Assembly (NCBI GenBank): GCA_965215505.1
Contig: OZ244065.1
Coordinates: 1,120,001-1,184,000 of the forward strand
DNA: 64,000 nt
Reading direction: 5' to 3'
Origin: Capsulimonadaceae bacterium
GTDB lineage: Bacteria > Armatimonadota > Armatimonadia > Armatimonadales > Capsulimonadaceae
The stretch's first letter is position 1. The number at the start of each line of letters is the position of its first letter. The notes beneath the pieces are model-generated. The model made no database searches, had not been told where the DNA came from, and was given only the letters and a program-made list of their open reading frames with translations. Of this stretch, positions 9,401 through 18,599 are shown in pieces. The position numbers and the translations under genes were made by a program.

Positions 9401-9752
9401 GCGCCTGCATCAGCCTCTCGTTGACCAGCTCGCGGGCCTGATAGATGTCTATCTTCTCATCGAAGTAGCAGGTCACCTGGGACAAGCCGAACTGCGAGAT
9501 GCTTTCGGTATGGTCCAGGTCCTTCATGCCCGCCAGGGCGATCTCCAGGGGGAAGGTGACGCGCGTTTCCAGCTCCTCGGGGCCGTAGGCGGGGGCTAGG
9601 GCGCTGACCACGACCTGGGTGTTGGTGACATCCGGTTCGTTGTCAATGTTGAGCTGGGTCGCGCGCCAGACCCCAAGCCCGAGGAGGAACACGGCGAAGA
9701 TGACGACGGCGACCCGCTGCTTGACGGCGAACTGTACGATGGCATTGATCAT
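6468..9752 (-). CDS. czcA: CzcA/CusA-family heavy-metal efflux RND transporter
   Basis: 1094 aa; STGLGEI, LGAIDFGMVVDGAVIIVEN (divalent-cation HME-type DFG motif), RLRPVLMT, GAEVQQPLATVVIGG. Confidence 0.92.
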   Translation of the reverse strand: MINAIVQFAVKQRVAVVIFAVFLLGLGVWRATQLNIDNEPDVTNTQVVVSALAPAYGPEELETRVTFPLEIALAGMKDLDHTESISQFGLSQVTCYFDEKIDIYQARELVNERLMQAQSQLPAGVNAQMNPVSTGLGEIVHVRLVGGPMTPLEQRTFMDWTARPQLLTVPGIADVNVIGGRTRQWQVSVDAQKLAAHGLSIADVDTALSNNNANIGGSFLTSGPTQSIVRGVGLVQSLDDVRQTVVSSRAGTPVLLSQVADVQEGAAPIQGTATQDGSGETVVILPLLRMGADTRTTMTAVKAKFAALAKDLPPGAHFEYEFDRTTLIRETLRTVVHNLVEGGALVIVILFLFLLQLRAGLIVSAIIPLSMMVALIGMSALGISANLMSLGAIDFGMVVDGAVIIVENSVRNLAQQHKDSEGKEGEGKDGEGDLSDEDRHEIIRRSAVEVLTPSVFGILIILATYTPVLTLSGIEGKLFKPMAVTVMFALFGSLLLSLTLIPALCAFFLKGGQQKPNKPLLWLTDRYAKGVKRAVEHRWVTVGGALAFLAVSVFFGLHLGSQFAPQLQENAIDISAYYDPATSVPEMVDRSTLLEKVLMQHFPHEISHVLTRIGRPQIPTDPMLQSQCDVLIALRPESAWTQAKDQKELTTKITKVVDELPGFESSYSQPIQTRMDEMIYGQGDRADVGIKILGTDMETLRQQAASIVQVLQGIKGAADVKAETTNGLPQLVVAVNRTALARYGISIADVNAVIDSAIGPRTVTTVTDGNVQIDVTVRLAEVYRSDPTRIGHVLVPGPNGLQVPLSEVASIRTVDGPVQISRENEKRRITVTANVRGSDLGSFVQEAQQKIQSQVNLPPGYTLEYAGDYESLKSGRARLLTVIPIALAAILGLLLIVFGRLRQALMIFTGIPLAISGGILALSLRHMQFSMTAAVGFIALGGIALLNGIVLLTFINHLREQGKSVEDATLEGAKERLRPVLMTGTVAAIGFIPMAVSRGMGAEVQQPLATVVIGGLITSTFLTLFVLPTLYAWFEKDDSKEDDKKKGDKQDDRDGTGRDENGTSGGAHVYHRPQTKDQQAAPEGILVHAVERPS

Positions 9753-9759
9753 AGATTAG

Positions 9760-11292
9760 TTAGCCTCCGGCGGTCTTGCCAAGCTCCGATTTCAGGAGAA
9801 AGGCGTTCTTGGTGACGACCGCCTGACCGTCCCTCAGCCCCGACGTGATCTGGGTGAGGCCGTCCACGGTCTCGCCGGGCTTGACGGGCTGGGCGATATA
9901 GACGCCGGGTTTGCCGCCCGGCGTGAAGACGGCGGGGCCGGCATCGAGCGCCTGCACGGCTTCCTGCGGCACGGCGACGACATTAGCGCGGGCGGCACCG
10001 TAGATGGTTCCGCCGATGTAGGCACCGGGGCGCAGGGCACCGTCGGGGTTTTGGATGAGGCAGTAGACCGGGACGGTGCGGGTGGTGGTGTCCAGGGCCG
10101 CGCCGACCGTGGAGACGACGCCCCGGTAGTTGCGGCCCGGCGCGGTGTTCGAGACGATCAGGACGAGCAGGCCGACACGCAGGTGGGAGGCATCCTCCTG
10201 GTAGACATTAAGCTGGACCACGACGGTGCGCGCGTTCAGGACGGTCAGCAGCGGCTTGTCCGGCGTCACCGTCTCGCCCTGCGAGACCATGCGGGCGCTG
10301 ACCCGTCCCGCAATCGGGGAGGTAACGGTCAGCAGACCGCCCTGGGGGGAAGCCTCGTCAATGGGTGATCCCCCAAGAAGCTCGACCTGCTTGGCGGCGG
10401 CTTCCACTTCATGGGCGGCGAGCTGATAGGCCTGCCGGGCGGGGGTCACCTGTTCGGCGGTGAGCAGGCCGCCGTTATAGACCGATGTCTGCCGGGCCAA
10501 CTCGCGCCCGGCGGTCTGTCCGCGCTTCTGGGCGTTAAGCTGCCGGTCCGCGGCGGCTTGCAGGCCGGTCCGCGCCTGCGCTAATGCGGCCTGGGCTTGC
10601 TGGGCGTTCGCCTCCGCCTGCTCCAGATCCTGGCGAGAGACAAGCTGCGCTTGAGAGAGAAGCTGGGCGCGGGCATACTGCTTCTGAGTCAGATTCACCT
10701 GGGCCTCGGCGGACACGACCTGGGCCTGCTGGACGTTTACGGCATCTTTATCAGCTTGAATCTCGCCCTGGGACGACTGGAAGTTGACGCGGGCGGTGAC
10801 CAAAGCCGGCCGCCCATAGACGCCCAGCCCGCCCAATCTCAATGTCCGGGACAGGGTGGAGGCCGCCGCCGCGCGCCGCAGGAGGGCATCATGGTATGTC
10901 GCCTGCGCCTGGTCCAGCTCGACGCTGGAAACGACGGCCAGGGCCTGACCGGCCTCGACGGACTGGCCGACATTGACGGGGATGCTTACGATCTTGCCGG
11001 CCAGCCGCGAGGTGACCTGGGCCATGCCGTTGAGGTTCGGGGCGACTGTCCCGAGGGCGGAGAGCCGGGTCGCCAGCGTCGTCGTCCGGGCGGTCCCCGT
11101 TTGAAGCTGGGCGTACTGGAGCTGCTGCGGGTCCAGTGTCACGGTCGGCGGGCCGGGCGGCGGCGCGGGCGGCTTGGGCGCGGCGGCGGCCTTGTCGCCC
11201 TTCGCGCTGCCGTGTCCGGCCAGGTAACCGCCGCCGGCGGCCAGCAGCAGGAACAATGTGGCTCCGAGTATTCTGGGCCAAGGTCGGCTCAT
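9760..11292 (-). CDS. Efflux RND periplasmic adaptor (CzcB-like)
   Basis: N-terminal TM, lipoyl-like VTSRLAGKI and SPIAGRV, long coiled hairpin, LDTTTRT. Confidence 0.9.
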   Translation of the reverse strand: MSRPWPRILGATLFLLLAAGGGYLAGHGSAKGDKAAAAPKPPAPPPGPPTVTLDPQQLQYAQLQTGTARTTTLATRLSALGTVAPNLNGMAQVTSRLAGKIVSIPVNVGQSVEAGQALAVVSSVELDQAQATYHDALLRRAAAASTLSRTLRLGGLGVYGRPALVTARVNFQSSQGEIQADKDAVNVQQAQVVSAEAQVNLTQKQYARAQLLSQAQLVSRQDLEQAEANAQQAQAALAQARTGLQAAADRQLNAQKRGQTAGRELARQTSVYNGGLLTAEQVTPARQAYQLAAHEVEAAAKQVELLGGSPIDEASPQGGLLTVTSPIAGRVSARMVSQGETVTPDKPLLTVLNARTVVVQLNVYQEDASHLRVGLLVLIVSNTAPGRNYRGVVSTVGAALDTTTRTVPVYCLIQNPDGALRPGAYIGGTIYGAARANVVAVPQEAVQALDAGPAVFTPGGKPGVYIAQPVKPGETVDGLTQITSGLRDGQAVVTKNAFLLKSELGKTAGG

Positions 11293-12923
11293 TTTTGTGT
11301 CAGATCCTTCCCGAGTTCGGTCAGCAGGACGGGCGGGACCGCCCCGACGGCGCGGTCGAAGTCGGCCCGCGCTTGGGCCGCCTGGGCCTGCGCGTCCAGC
11401 CGCTCGGCGGCGACGGCTTGATAGGTCCTTTGGGCGTCCAATACGGAGATGATCGTCGTTGCCCCTTCGCGGAAGCCGAACAGGGCGGCGTCCAGCACGG
11501 CGCGCGCATTTTCCAGCAGCCCGCCGTCGTATTCCCGCAGGGCATCCTGGGCCGCGCCCAGGCGCACGGCAGCCTGGGCGGCTTCGAGCCGGACTTGCGC
11601 CTGGGTGCCGATGACGCGCGACTGGTCCGCGTCCGCCGTCTGCTCGTCCGCGCGGATCTGGTTACGGCGCGTTCCATAGTCCAAAGGCACGGTGATGACG
11701 ACGCCTAACCCGGCATCCATGTAGGTCGGAGTGATCTGGCTGATGCGGAACTCGGGGGCGATGTCCGGCCGCCCCTGCGCGCGTCCCAGCCTGGCCCGCG
11801 CCGAGGGAATGTCGCGTGTCGCCTCGGCGACGGCGACCTCGGCGCGTGACCGGAGCGCCAGACGCTCGGCGGCGGCGATGTCCGGCGGCATCGGGGCCGC
11901 GCCCGCGTCCGTCCCGAGGGCGGCATCAATCGGGTCCAGCGGGGCACGTCCGAGATAGGCGTTGAGGTTGGCGCGGGCCGCCTGCTCCTCGCCGGCCGCC
12001 TGAGCCTCCAGAGTGCGCGCCCGCGCCGCCTCGACGGCCGTCTGCCGCCGCTCGATGCCGGGCCGCGCGCCGAGGGCGACCTGCTTGCGGGCGATCTCGT
12101 CGAACTGCCCGGCGATCTCCCGCCCTTCCCGCGCCAGGCGCAGCCGCTCCTGGGCACGGGCCAGAGCATAGACATCGGTCCGGGCCGTGTACACCAATGC
12201 CTGGAGCTGGACGACTGCCTGGGCCTGGGAAAGACGGAGCTGGGCGCGGGCGACATTGGTGCGCGCCCCGCGCGTCCCATTCAGTTCCAGCGGCTGCTCG
12301 AACAGAAACCCGTCCGTTGTCCCGCCGGTCTGGAGGGCGGGGCCGATGGTGAAGACGGGCGGCGAGAGGGCGGCGGCGGACCGGACGCCGGACCGGGCCG
12401 CGAGTACGTCCTTCAGGGCGGCCAGCACACCGAGATTTTTCCGAACGATGCGCTCGACTGCCCCGTCCGCCGTCAGGGCCAGGGGCGTCGCGCCCGGCGT
12501 CACCGGCGCGAAGGTAGCAGGCGGCGCGGCGGGGAGCGTCTGGGCCAGGGCCGGCGGGGCCATGTTCGGGGCGGGCGGCAGCGCGAGCGCTCCGGGAACG
12601 GCGGTCGGTACGGGCGGTGAGACAGGAACGGCCGCATTGGGCGCGACGCCGGGCGTGTTCGTACCCGGCATGGCACCCGGCGCATTCGTGGCGGGGCTGG
12701 CAGGCGGCGCGGGGACGCCGACGGCGCTGGAGCCGGGCGTCGGCGGCGTCGCGGCGGCGTCAGACGTGGTGGGTGCATCGCCGCCGGGGGAAGCAGCCGC
12801 CCCCCCCGGCAGGATGGTGCCCGCAGAGCGGGGCGTCGCCGAAGGGCCTGCGGTCTGTGCCTGGGCGCTCGCCGCGAGCAGAAGGAATAGGGCTAAAGGC
12901 GCGGGGCGCAAAATCGTGACCAT
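11289..12923 (-). CDS. TolC-family outer-membrane efflux protein (CzcC-like)
   Basis: Signal peptide, Pro/Ala-rich linker, OEP repeats, G..TIISVLDAQR; ATGA overlap with the adaptor gene. Confidence 0.88.
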   Translation of the reverse strand: MVTILRPAPLALFLLLAASAQAQTAGPSATPRSAGTILPGGAAASPGGDAPTTSDAAATPPTPGSSAVGVPAPPASPATNAPGAMPGTNTPGVAPNAAVPVSPPVPTAVPGALALPPAPNMAPPALAQTLPAAPPATFAPVTPGATPLALTADGAVERIVRKNLGVLAALKDVLAARSGVRSAAALSPPVFTIGPALQTGGTTDGFLFEQPLELNGTRGARTNVARAQLRLSQAQAVVQLQALVYTARTDVYALARAQERLRLAREGREIAGQFDEIARKQVALGARPGIERRQTAVEAARARTLEAQAAGEEQAARANLNAYLGRAPLDPIDAALGTDAGAAPMPPDIAAAERLALRSRAEVAVAEATRDIPSARARLGRAQGRPDIAPEFRISQITPTYMDAGLGVVITVPLDYGTRRNQIRADEQTADADQSRVIGTQAQVRLEAAQAAVRLGAAQDALREYDGGLLENARAVLDAALFGFREGATTIISVLDAQRTYQAVAAERLDAQAQAAQARADFDRAVGAVPPVLLTELGKDLTQK

Positions 12924-13113
12924 CGTTTCTGACCAAGCGAAAAAGAATCAGGGGTGCTGACGTTTCCAGCGGGAATTTCTACCCCACCTCGGTGGACCTC
13001 AAACGCAGGCTGAAGTTAGCACCGGCAGTTGCCGAATGTAGGAAAGTGCCGTATAATGGAACACGGCGTCCGCGCCGCCTGTTCATCCCCCGCAAGAAAG
13101 AGGCCCCTCGCAT

Positions 13114-13353
13114 ATGGATTGGAAGAAGCATCTGATGACAAGCACCGAAGTCTGGACCGGCGTGTGCCTGACTCTGGCCGGCGTGATCGCGCTGGGCTTG
13201 GGCCTGCACGGCGTTCTCGTGCAGGCGCTCATGCCGTTCGGCATCGGCCTGGCCCTCAGCGACGTGCTGACCAAGGCCGCGAAGGACGCCCGCGAGCGCA
13301 GCAAAGTCCGCGTCCGGCGTGATGACGACCGCGATCAGACTACGAACTTTTAG
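13114..13353 (+). CDS. Small hypothetical membrane protein
   Basis: 79 aa, two hydrophobic helices, AAGAGG SD, upstream of ubiX. Confidence 0.65.
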   Translation: MDWKKHLMTSTEVWTGVCLTLAGVIALGLGLHGVLVQALMPFGIGLALSDVLTKAAKDARERSKVRVRRDDDRDQTTNF

Positions 13354-13383
13354 GCCACGAACTTTCAGGAATCAGCGTCCCTT

Positions 13384-13992
13384 ATGCCCACACCTCGCCG
13401 CCTGGTCGTCGCCGTCACCGGCGCGAGCGGCGCGCTCTATGCCGTCCGCTTTCTGCGCCAGGCCGCGCGCCACTATGACGAGATCTACGTCATGCTCTCC
13501 GACAACGCCCCCGGCGTGTTCGCCACCGAGACGGGGGGGACGCTGACGCGGCCCTACTCGGCCCAGGACTATCTGGGCGATGACGCGGCCTACGACAACA
13601 TCCGCTTCCTGAACACCAAGGACTACTACACGCCCCCCGCCTCCGGCTCGTTCGTCCACGAGGGCATGGTCATCATTCCGTGTTCGATGGGGACGCTGGG
13701 CCGGATCGCCAACGGCATCTCCAACGACCTGACCACGCGGGCCGCCGACGTCTGCCTGAAGGAGCGGCGCAAGCTGATATTGGTGGCCCGCGACACGCCG
13801 CTGAACCTCATCCACCTCCGCAACATGGTGGCGGTGACCGAGGCGGGCGCGGTCGTCCTGCCCGCCGTCCCGGCCTTCTACCACCAGCCCAAGACCGTGG
13901 AGGACCTGGTGGACACGGTGGTCGCCCGCGTCCTTCAAAACCTCGGCGTGCATCAGGACCTCCAGCCGCAGTGGGCGGTGGACGGCGAGTAA
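13384..13992 (+). CDS. ubiX: Flavin prenyltransferase UbiX
   Basis: VTGASG, ASGSF, PCSMGTLG, RAADVCLKERRKL, PAFYHQP. Confidence 0.95.
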   Translation: MPTPRRLVVAVTGASGALYAVRFLRQAARHYDEIYVMLSDNAPGVFATETGGTLTRPYSAQDYLGDDAAYDNIRFLNTKDYYTPPASGSFVHEGMVIIPCSMGTLGRIANGISNDLTTRAADVCLKERRKLILVARDTPLNLIHLRNMVAVTEAGAVVLPAVPAFYHQPKTVEDLVDTVVARVLQNLGVHQDLQPQWAVDGE

Positions 13993-14019
13993 TTCCTTTG
14001 TTCATGCTATAATAGCGGC

Positions 14020-14418
14020 ATGAAAACGATGACCCCTTTGCTGCCGCTCGCCGAGTGGACGCGAATCATGTATTCCCTGGAAGAAGATGTCACGCGCTGG
14101 TCTGAGGAGCGGGGCTGGCAAGTCCAGACCACAAAGGCCGGCTTCATGGAGGATTATCCGCGCGAGTTCGTGCCGCGCACCCTCACCATCCAGACGCCGC
14201 ATGGCCGCTTGATGCTGGAAACGCCGCCGCATGAGTCGGACGGGCGAGGACGAGCCAAGCTCTATGCGTGGCCTACTCTTTACCGCGTCTGGCTCCGGCA
14301 CAGCGAGCGGCATGGCGGCTGGGAGATATGGACGGACTCGGGCATCCCCATCCACCAGGATTGGAACAAGGAGACATTCAGCACCCTCGCCACTGATCTG
14401 CTGAACGCGGATGAGTAA
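14020..14418 (+). CDS. Hypothetical protein, partner of the downstream HEPN-like gene
   Basis: 132 aa; TGcTATAAT 6 nt before the ATG; overlaps the next gene by 8 nt. Confidence 0.75.
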   Translation: MKTMTPLLPLAEWTRIMYSLEEDVTRWSEERGWQVQTTKAGFMEDYPREFVPRTLTIQTPHGRLMLETPPHESDGRGRAKLYAWPTLYRVWLRHSERHGGWEIWTDSGIPIHQDWNKETFSTLATDLLNADE

Positions 14419-14854
14419 AATCTACAGCCGCATCTTGGAGCAGGTGCATCAGGAATTCGCCGCCGCGCGTGACGCACTCGCCTATGTGGAGCAGAACTGG
14501 TGGAGGCAAAACATTTTCCTGGACATGCCAGCCAGCGGCCTGCCAGATGTGATGCGGGCCACTCGCCAGCAGGAAGCGGTGTATTTCATCCGGCTGTTCA
14601 GCACGTTCGAGGCTGTCCTAAAAGAACATCTGGCGCAGCATCATCCCGGCATCAGTGTTCCCGAGGAAGCCCGCGCGGTCTGGCTGATAGACCGCGTCGC
14701 CCAGCGGCAGGCCCCGCCGGTCACGGCGGCGCTGAGGAGCCGGGTGCATGATGTTCGCCGCCACCGCAACCACCTGACTCACCTCGACGATAGGCCCTTG
14801 TTCCCAATCCCATTCACCCTTGCATTGGCGCGGTTGAACAAGTTCGTGGACTAA
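14411..14854 (+). CDS. HEPN-like protein (R-X4-H motif)
   Basis: Predicted helical; IRLFSTFEAVL and VRRHRNHLTH match the HEPN ExxL and RNxxxH pattern. Confidence 0.6.
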   Translation: MSKIYSRILEQVHQEFAAARDALAYVEQNWWRQNIFLDMPASGLPDVMRATRQQEAVYFIRLFSTFEAVLKEHLAQHHPGISVPEEARAVWLIDRVAQRQAPPVTAALRSRVHDVRRHRNHLTHLDDRPLFPIPFTLALARLNKFVD

Positions 14855-14999
14855 GTAGTAGGGCTGAAATAGGTTATATTTAGAAAGTCCCGCCTGTTGA
14901 ACACGTTTCTTCTAAAAAGGCGAATTTTTGCTCTCGTGATAATGTAAACCTAATGTCGTCCATGTACTTATCTGCCGGAGCCTCGCTAGACAACTCCCT

Positions 15000-16058
15000 A
15001 TGAGCAACCCAGACAACAGCAGCGCGTATGCGCGGGCGGGCGTAGACATTGACGCGGCCTCGGACGCGGTTAGACGCATGAAGGCCCACATCAGGACGAC
15101 CACGACGCCGGGCGTGCTGACGGAGGTGGGCAGTTTCGGCGGCATGTTCGCGCTGTCCGCGCTGGGGACTCTGGCGGACCCGGTGCTGGTGTCGAGCATT
15201 GACGGGGTGGGCACGAAGCTGAAGATCGCCTTCGCGACGGGGCGGCACGACACGGTGGGCAAAGATCTGGTGTCACACTGCGTCAACGACATCCTGGTGC
15301 AGGGGGCGCGGCCTCTGTTCTTTTTGGACTACTTCGGGACCGGGAGGCTGGAGCCGGGCGTGGCCGCCGAGGTGGTCAAGGGCCTGGCGGAGGGCTGCCG
15401 GGCGGCGGGGTGCGCGCTGATCGGCGGCGAGACGGCGGAAATGCCGGGGCTGTATGGGGACGGCGAGTACGACCTGGCGGGCTGCATCGTCGGGCTGGTG
15501 GAGCGGGCGAAGGTCGTGGACGGGGCGGGCGTTGCGGTTGGCGATGTCCTGCTGGGGCTGGCCTCGGAGGGCCTGCACACGAACGGCTACTCGCTGGCCC
15601 GGCAGGCGCTCTTGGAAGACGCCGGGATGAGGCTGGACGGGCCAGTTCTGGAACTCGGGGGCGTGACGCTGGGGGAGGCTCTGCTGTGGCCGCATCGGTG
15701 CTATGCGCCCGCCGTCCTGCCGCTGCTGGACCTCTCCCCCACCCCGATCAAGGCGATGGCGCACATCACGGGCGGCGGGTTCGTGGACAACATCCCGCGC
15801 GTCCTCCCGGATGGCATAGGCGTCTGGGTCGACCGGGGGGCGTGGACCGTACCGCCGCTGTTCCGTCTGATCCAGGACAAGGGCGGCGTGTCCGAGGCGG
15901 AGATGTTCCGCGTGTTCAACATGGGGATCGGATTCGTCCTGATCGTCCCGGCGGGGGCGGCAGACGAGATGCTGGCACAGCTGCGGGCGTCGGGCGAGAC
16001 TGCCTGCCGTCTGGGCGAGGCCGTGGCCGGCGAAGGGGTGACGTTTGCCGGCGGGTGA
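15000..16058 (+). CDS. purM: Phosphoribosylformylglycinamidine cyclo-ligase (AIR synthetase)
   Basis: YARAGVD, DGVGTKL, GGETAEMPG, GLHTNGYSL, HITGGG, FNMGIG. Confidence 0.97.
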   Translation: MSNPDNSSAYARAGVDIDAASDAVRRMKAHIRTTTTPGVLTEVGSFGGMFALSALGTLADPVLVSSIDGVGTKLKIAFATGRHDTVGKDLVSHCVNDILVQGARPLFFLDYFGTGRLEPGVAAEVVKGLAEGCRAAGCALIGGETAEMPGLYGDGEYDLAGCIVGLVERAKVVDGAGVAVGDVLLGLASEGLHTNGYSLARQALLEDAGMRLDGPVLELGGVTLGEALLWPHRCYAPAVLPLLDLSPTPIKAMAHITGGGFVDNIPRVLPDGIGVWVDRGAWTVPPLFRLIQDKGGVSEAEMFRVFNMGIGFVLIVPAGAADEMLAQLRASGETACRLGEAVAGEGVTFAGG

Positions 16059-16082
16059 CGGCAAGCCTGGAAAGGTTTTCTC

Positions 16083-18599
16083 ATGTGTTTCCGTGTCCTG
16101 TGGGGCTTTCTGTTCGCGTTAGCCGTTCTTATTGCGCCAATTGCTTGCGCGGCTCCTGCGCGGCCCACGCAGTCGCTTGGGGCGTTCATCGCGCCGGCGG
16201 ACGCCTGGGCGTCCAGTTCGCAGACGTCGGCAGGGCGGACGGCGCGCAAGCTGATCGACGGGTCGGGCTGGGACGAGGCGGTACCGGGCAGCGGCGTCTA
16301 TGTGCATACGAGTGACGTTTCCAGCGACGGCAATTGCATGTGGAACGGGGCACCGGATGCGTGGCTGGTCTTCGACCTGGGGAAGATATACCGGGTCAAC
16401 AGCGTTTACGTCTGGAACTACAACGAGGGCGGCGGGTGGAACAGCCGGAGCGTGAAGGATGTGGCGGTCTCGGCCTCCACGGGCGGCAAGGAGTTCCGGC
16501 CCGTCGGGACGTTCACGCTGGCGGAGGCGTCCGGGCGCGATGACGACGCGGGGCAGGCGGTCGCCTTCCCCGCCGTCACGCGGGCGCGGTATTTCAAGTT
16601 CCAGATCCTCTCCAACTACCGGGGCGGTGAAAGCTCGGGGCTGTCTGAAGTGCGCTTCAGCAACGCCGACTTGAAGGCCACGGCCACGCATCCCCTCGTC
16701 TGGAAGCCGCCTTATGCACGGCCGGTTTACGCACGTCGCCCGCTGGGTCAGCCGCTTGCCGGGGCGGAGAACATCGTGTACCCCGCCGACGCGAGCGTCG
16801 TGGACGTGACGAAGCCGCCCTACGCTGCCAAAGGGGACGGGCGGACGGACGACACGGCGGCGATCCAGAAGGCGCTGGACGACAACCCGAGCCGGGGCGC
16901 GATCATCTATCTGCCGAACGGCGTTTATTCGGTTTCCGACACGCTGCACTGGCCGCACGGCGGCAACTCAGGCGGTGAGGAGAAGGAGACGGTGCTGCAA
17001 GGGCAGAGCCGGGCGGGGACCGTCATCAGGCTGCGGGACGCCTGTCCCGGCTTCGGCGATGTGCGGCACCCGAAGGCACCGCTTTATACGGGCAAGGGGC
17101 CGGCACAGCGGTTCGGCAACGAGGTCCATAACTTGACGGTGGACACGGGGGCGGGCAATGCGGGCGCGTGCGGCATCCAGTTCATCGCCAACAACCAGGG
17201 CGGCGTTTATGACGTCTCCATCGTCTCGGGCGACGGGCGAGGCGTGGTCGGACTGGACATGGGCTACACGGACGAGCAGGGGCCGTGCCTGATCAAGAAC
17301 GTCTCGGTGCGCGGCTTCGGCCTGGGCATCCACGTCGCCACGTCGGTCGCGAGCGAGACATTGGAACACATCACGGTCGAGTATCAGGGCAGAGCGGGCG
17401 TCCGCAACGACGGCCAGCCCTGCACGGTACGCGACCTCCACAGCGTTAATGCCGTGCCGGCGTTTGTCGCGGCGGGCGGCTTCTCGGTCCTGGTCGGCGC
17501 GCACCTGAAGGGGGTGGGCGCGGCATCGGGGCAGCCCGCCGTGGTCGCCGACGCGCCGCTCTCGGCGCGCAACATCGAGACATCCGGGTATCGGGTCGCC
17601 ATCGCCGGCCGGGTCGGGGGCAGGCAGGACCTGATCGGGCCGAACATCCCCCTGTTCCTGAGCAAGCCCGCCGCCAGCCTCTTCGGCTCGCCCGGCCCGC
17701 CGCTGGCCCTGCCGGTTCGCGAGACGCCCGAGGCCCCCTGGGACAAGCTTTCGGCTTGGGTGTCGCCGCAGCGTTTCGGCGCGGCGGCGGACGGCGACCG
17801 GGACGCAAGCGCGGCGATCCAGTCGGCCATCGATTCGGGCGCGACGACGGTCTATCTGCCGCGCGGGGATTACAAGGTCGGGCACACCATCGTCATCCGT
17901 GGCGGTGTCCGCAGGATAATCGGGTGCAAGGCGAGTCTGAGCGTCATCGCGCCACTGAGCGCGTCGGCGCAGCCGGTCTTCCGGTTTGCCGAGGGAAGCC
18001 AGCCGGTCGTGACGGTGGAGGGGCTGAACACGGATTTCAGCGGCGGCCCGTTCTGGTTCATGCAGGACGACGCGGCGCGGACTCTGGTCTTGCGGCGGCT
18101 CGCCATCAACTTCCAGGCGGCGGACGCCTTTCACGGGTCGGGTCCGGGGGCGGTCTTTTTGGAGGACGTGGTCGGGCGGTATTTCCGGTTCCACGGGGAG
18201 ACGGTGTGGGCGCGGCAGTTCAATCCGGAGGGGACGGGGCTGCACGTCCTGAACGACGCCGGGACGATGTGGATTTTGGGGCTGAAGACGGAGGGCGGCG
18301 GGACACTGCTGGAAACGAAGGGCGGCGGGCGGACGGAGTTGCTGGGCAGCTTTAGCTACACGACGGGGGGAGGCAAGCTGGCCCCGATGCTGGTGGTGAC
18401 CGACTCGCAGGCCAGCTTCAGCTTCAGCGAGGTCTGCTACTCGGGGGACCCGTTCACCGTGATCATCCGGGAGACGCGGGGCGGGGAGACGCGCGAGATG
18501 ACGCTGGCCGACCCGCGCTGGGCCGGCCACCTGACGCTGCTGACGGAGGGCACGCCGGTTCCTGCCCCGGTCAGTACCCCCGGCGGCCGATCAAAGTGA
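16083..18599 (+). CDS. Secreted beta-helix glycoside hydrolase-like protein (pectate_lyase_3/GH55-like) with an N-terminal discoidin-like domain
   Basis: Signal peptide; VWNYN..GLSEVRF discoidin-like domain; YAAKGDGRTDDTAAIQ, IYLPNGVY; second DASAAIQSAID repeat. Confidence 0.8.
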   Translation: MCFRVLWGFLFALAVLIAPIACAAPARPTQSLGAFIAPADAWASSSQTSAGRTARKLIDGSGWDEAVPGSGVYVHTSDVSSDGNCMWNGAPDAWLVFDLGKIYRVNSVYVWNYNEGGGWNSRSVKDVAVSASTGGKEFRPVGTFTLAEASGRDDDAGQAVAFPAVTRARYFKFQILSNYRGGESSGLSEVRFSNADLKATATHPLVWKPPYARPVYARRPLGQPLAGAENIVYPADASVVDVTKPPYAAKGDGRTDDTAAIQKALDDNPSRGAIIYLPNGVYSVSDTLHWPHGGNSGGEEKETVLQGQSRAGTVIRLRDACPGFGDVRHPKAPLYTGKGPAQRFGNEVHNLTVDTGAGNAGACGIQFIANNQGGVYDVSIVSGDGRGVVGLDMGYTDEQGPCLIKNVSVRGFGLGIHVATSVASETLEHITVEYQGRAGVRNDGQPCTVRDLHSVNAVPAFVAAGGFSVLVGAHLKGVGAASGQPAVVADAPLSARNIETSGYRVAIAGRVGGRQDLIGPNIPLFLSKPAASLFGSPGPPLALPVRETPEAPWDKLSAWVSPQRFGAAADGDRDASAAIQSAIDSGATTVYLPRGDYKVGHTIVIRGGVRRIIGCKASLSVIAPLSASAQPVFRFAEGSQPVVTVEGLNTDFSGGPFWFMQDDAARTLVLRRLAINFQAADAFHGSGPGAVFLEDVVGRYFRFHGETVWARQFNPEGTGLHVLNDAGTMWILGLKTEGGGTLLETKGGGRTELLGSFSYTTGGGKLAPMLVVTDSQASFSFSEVCYSGDPFTVIIRETRGGETREMTLADPRWAGHLTLLTEGTPVPAPVSTPGGRSK

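Noticed and set aside
6450-9599. 1049-aa + strand ORF (and similar long ORFs 32..1027, 22663..24495, 27785..29323, 53476..55917, 59831..61219)
   Set aside because: Antisense shadows of well-supported genes, expected from GC-rich codon usage
12949-13046. Resemblance to TPP (+ strand) or SAM-I (- strand) riboswitch fragments
   Set aside because: Core motifs (CTGAGA/ACCTGAT for TPP; ATCAAGAG and the kink-turn arm for SAM-I) are absent; kept only as an unclassified stem-loop
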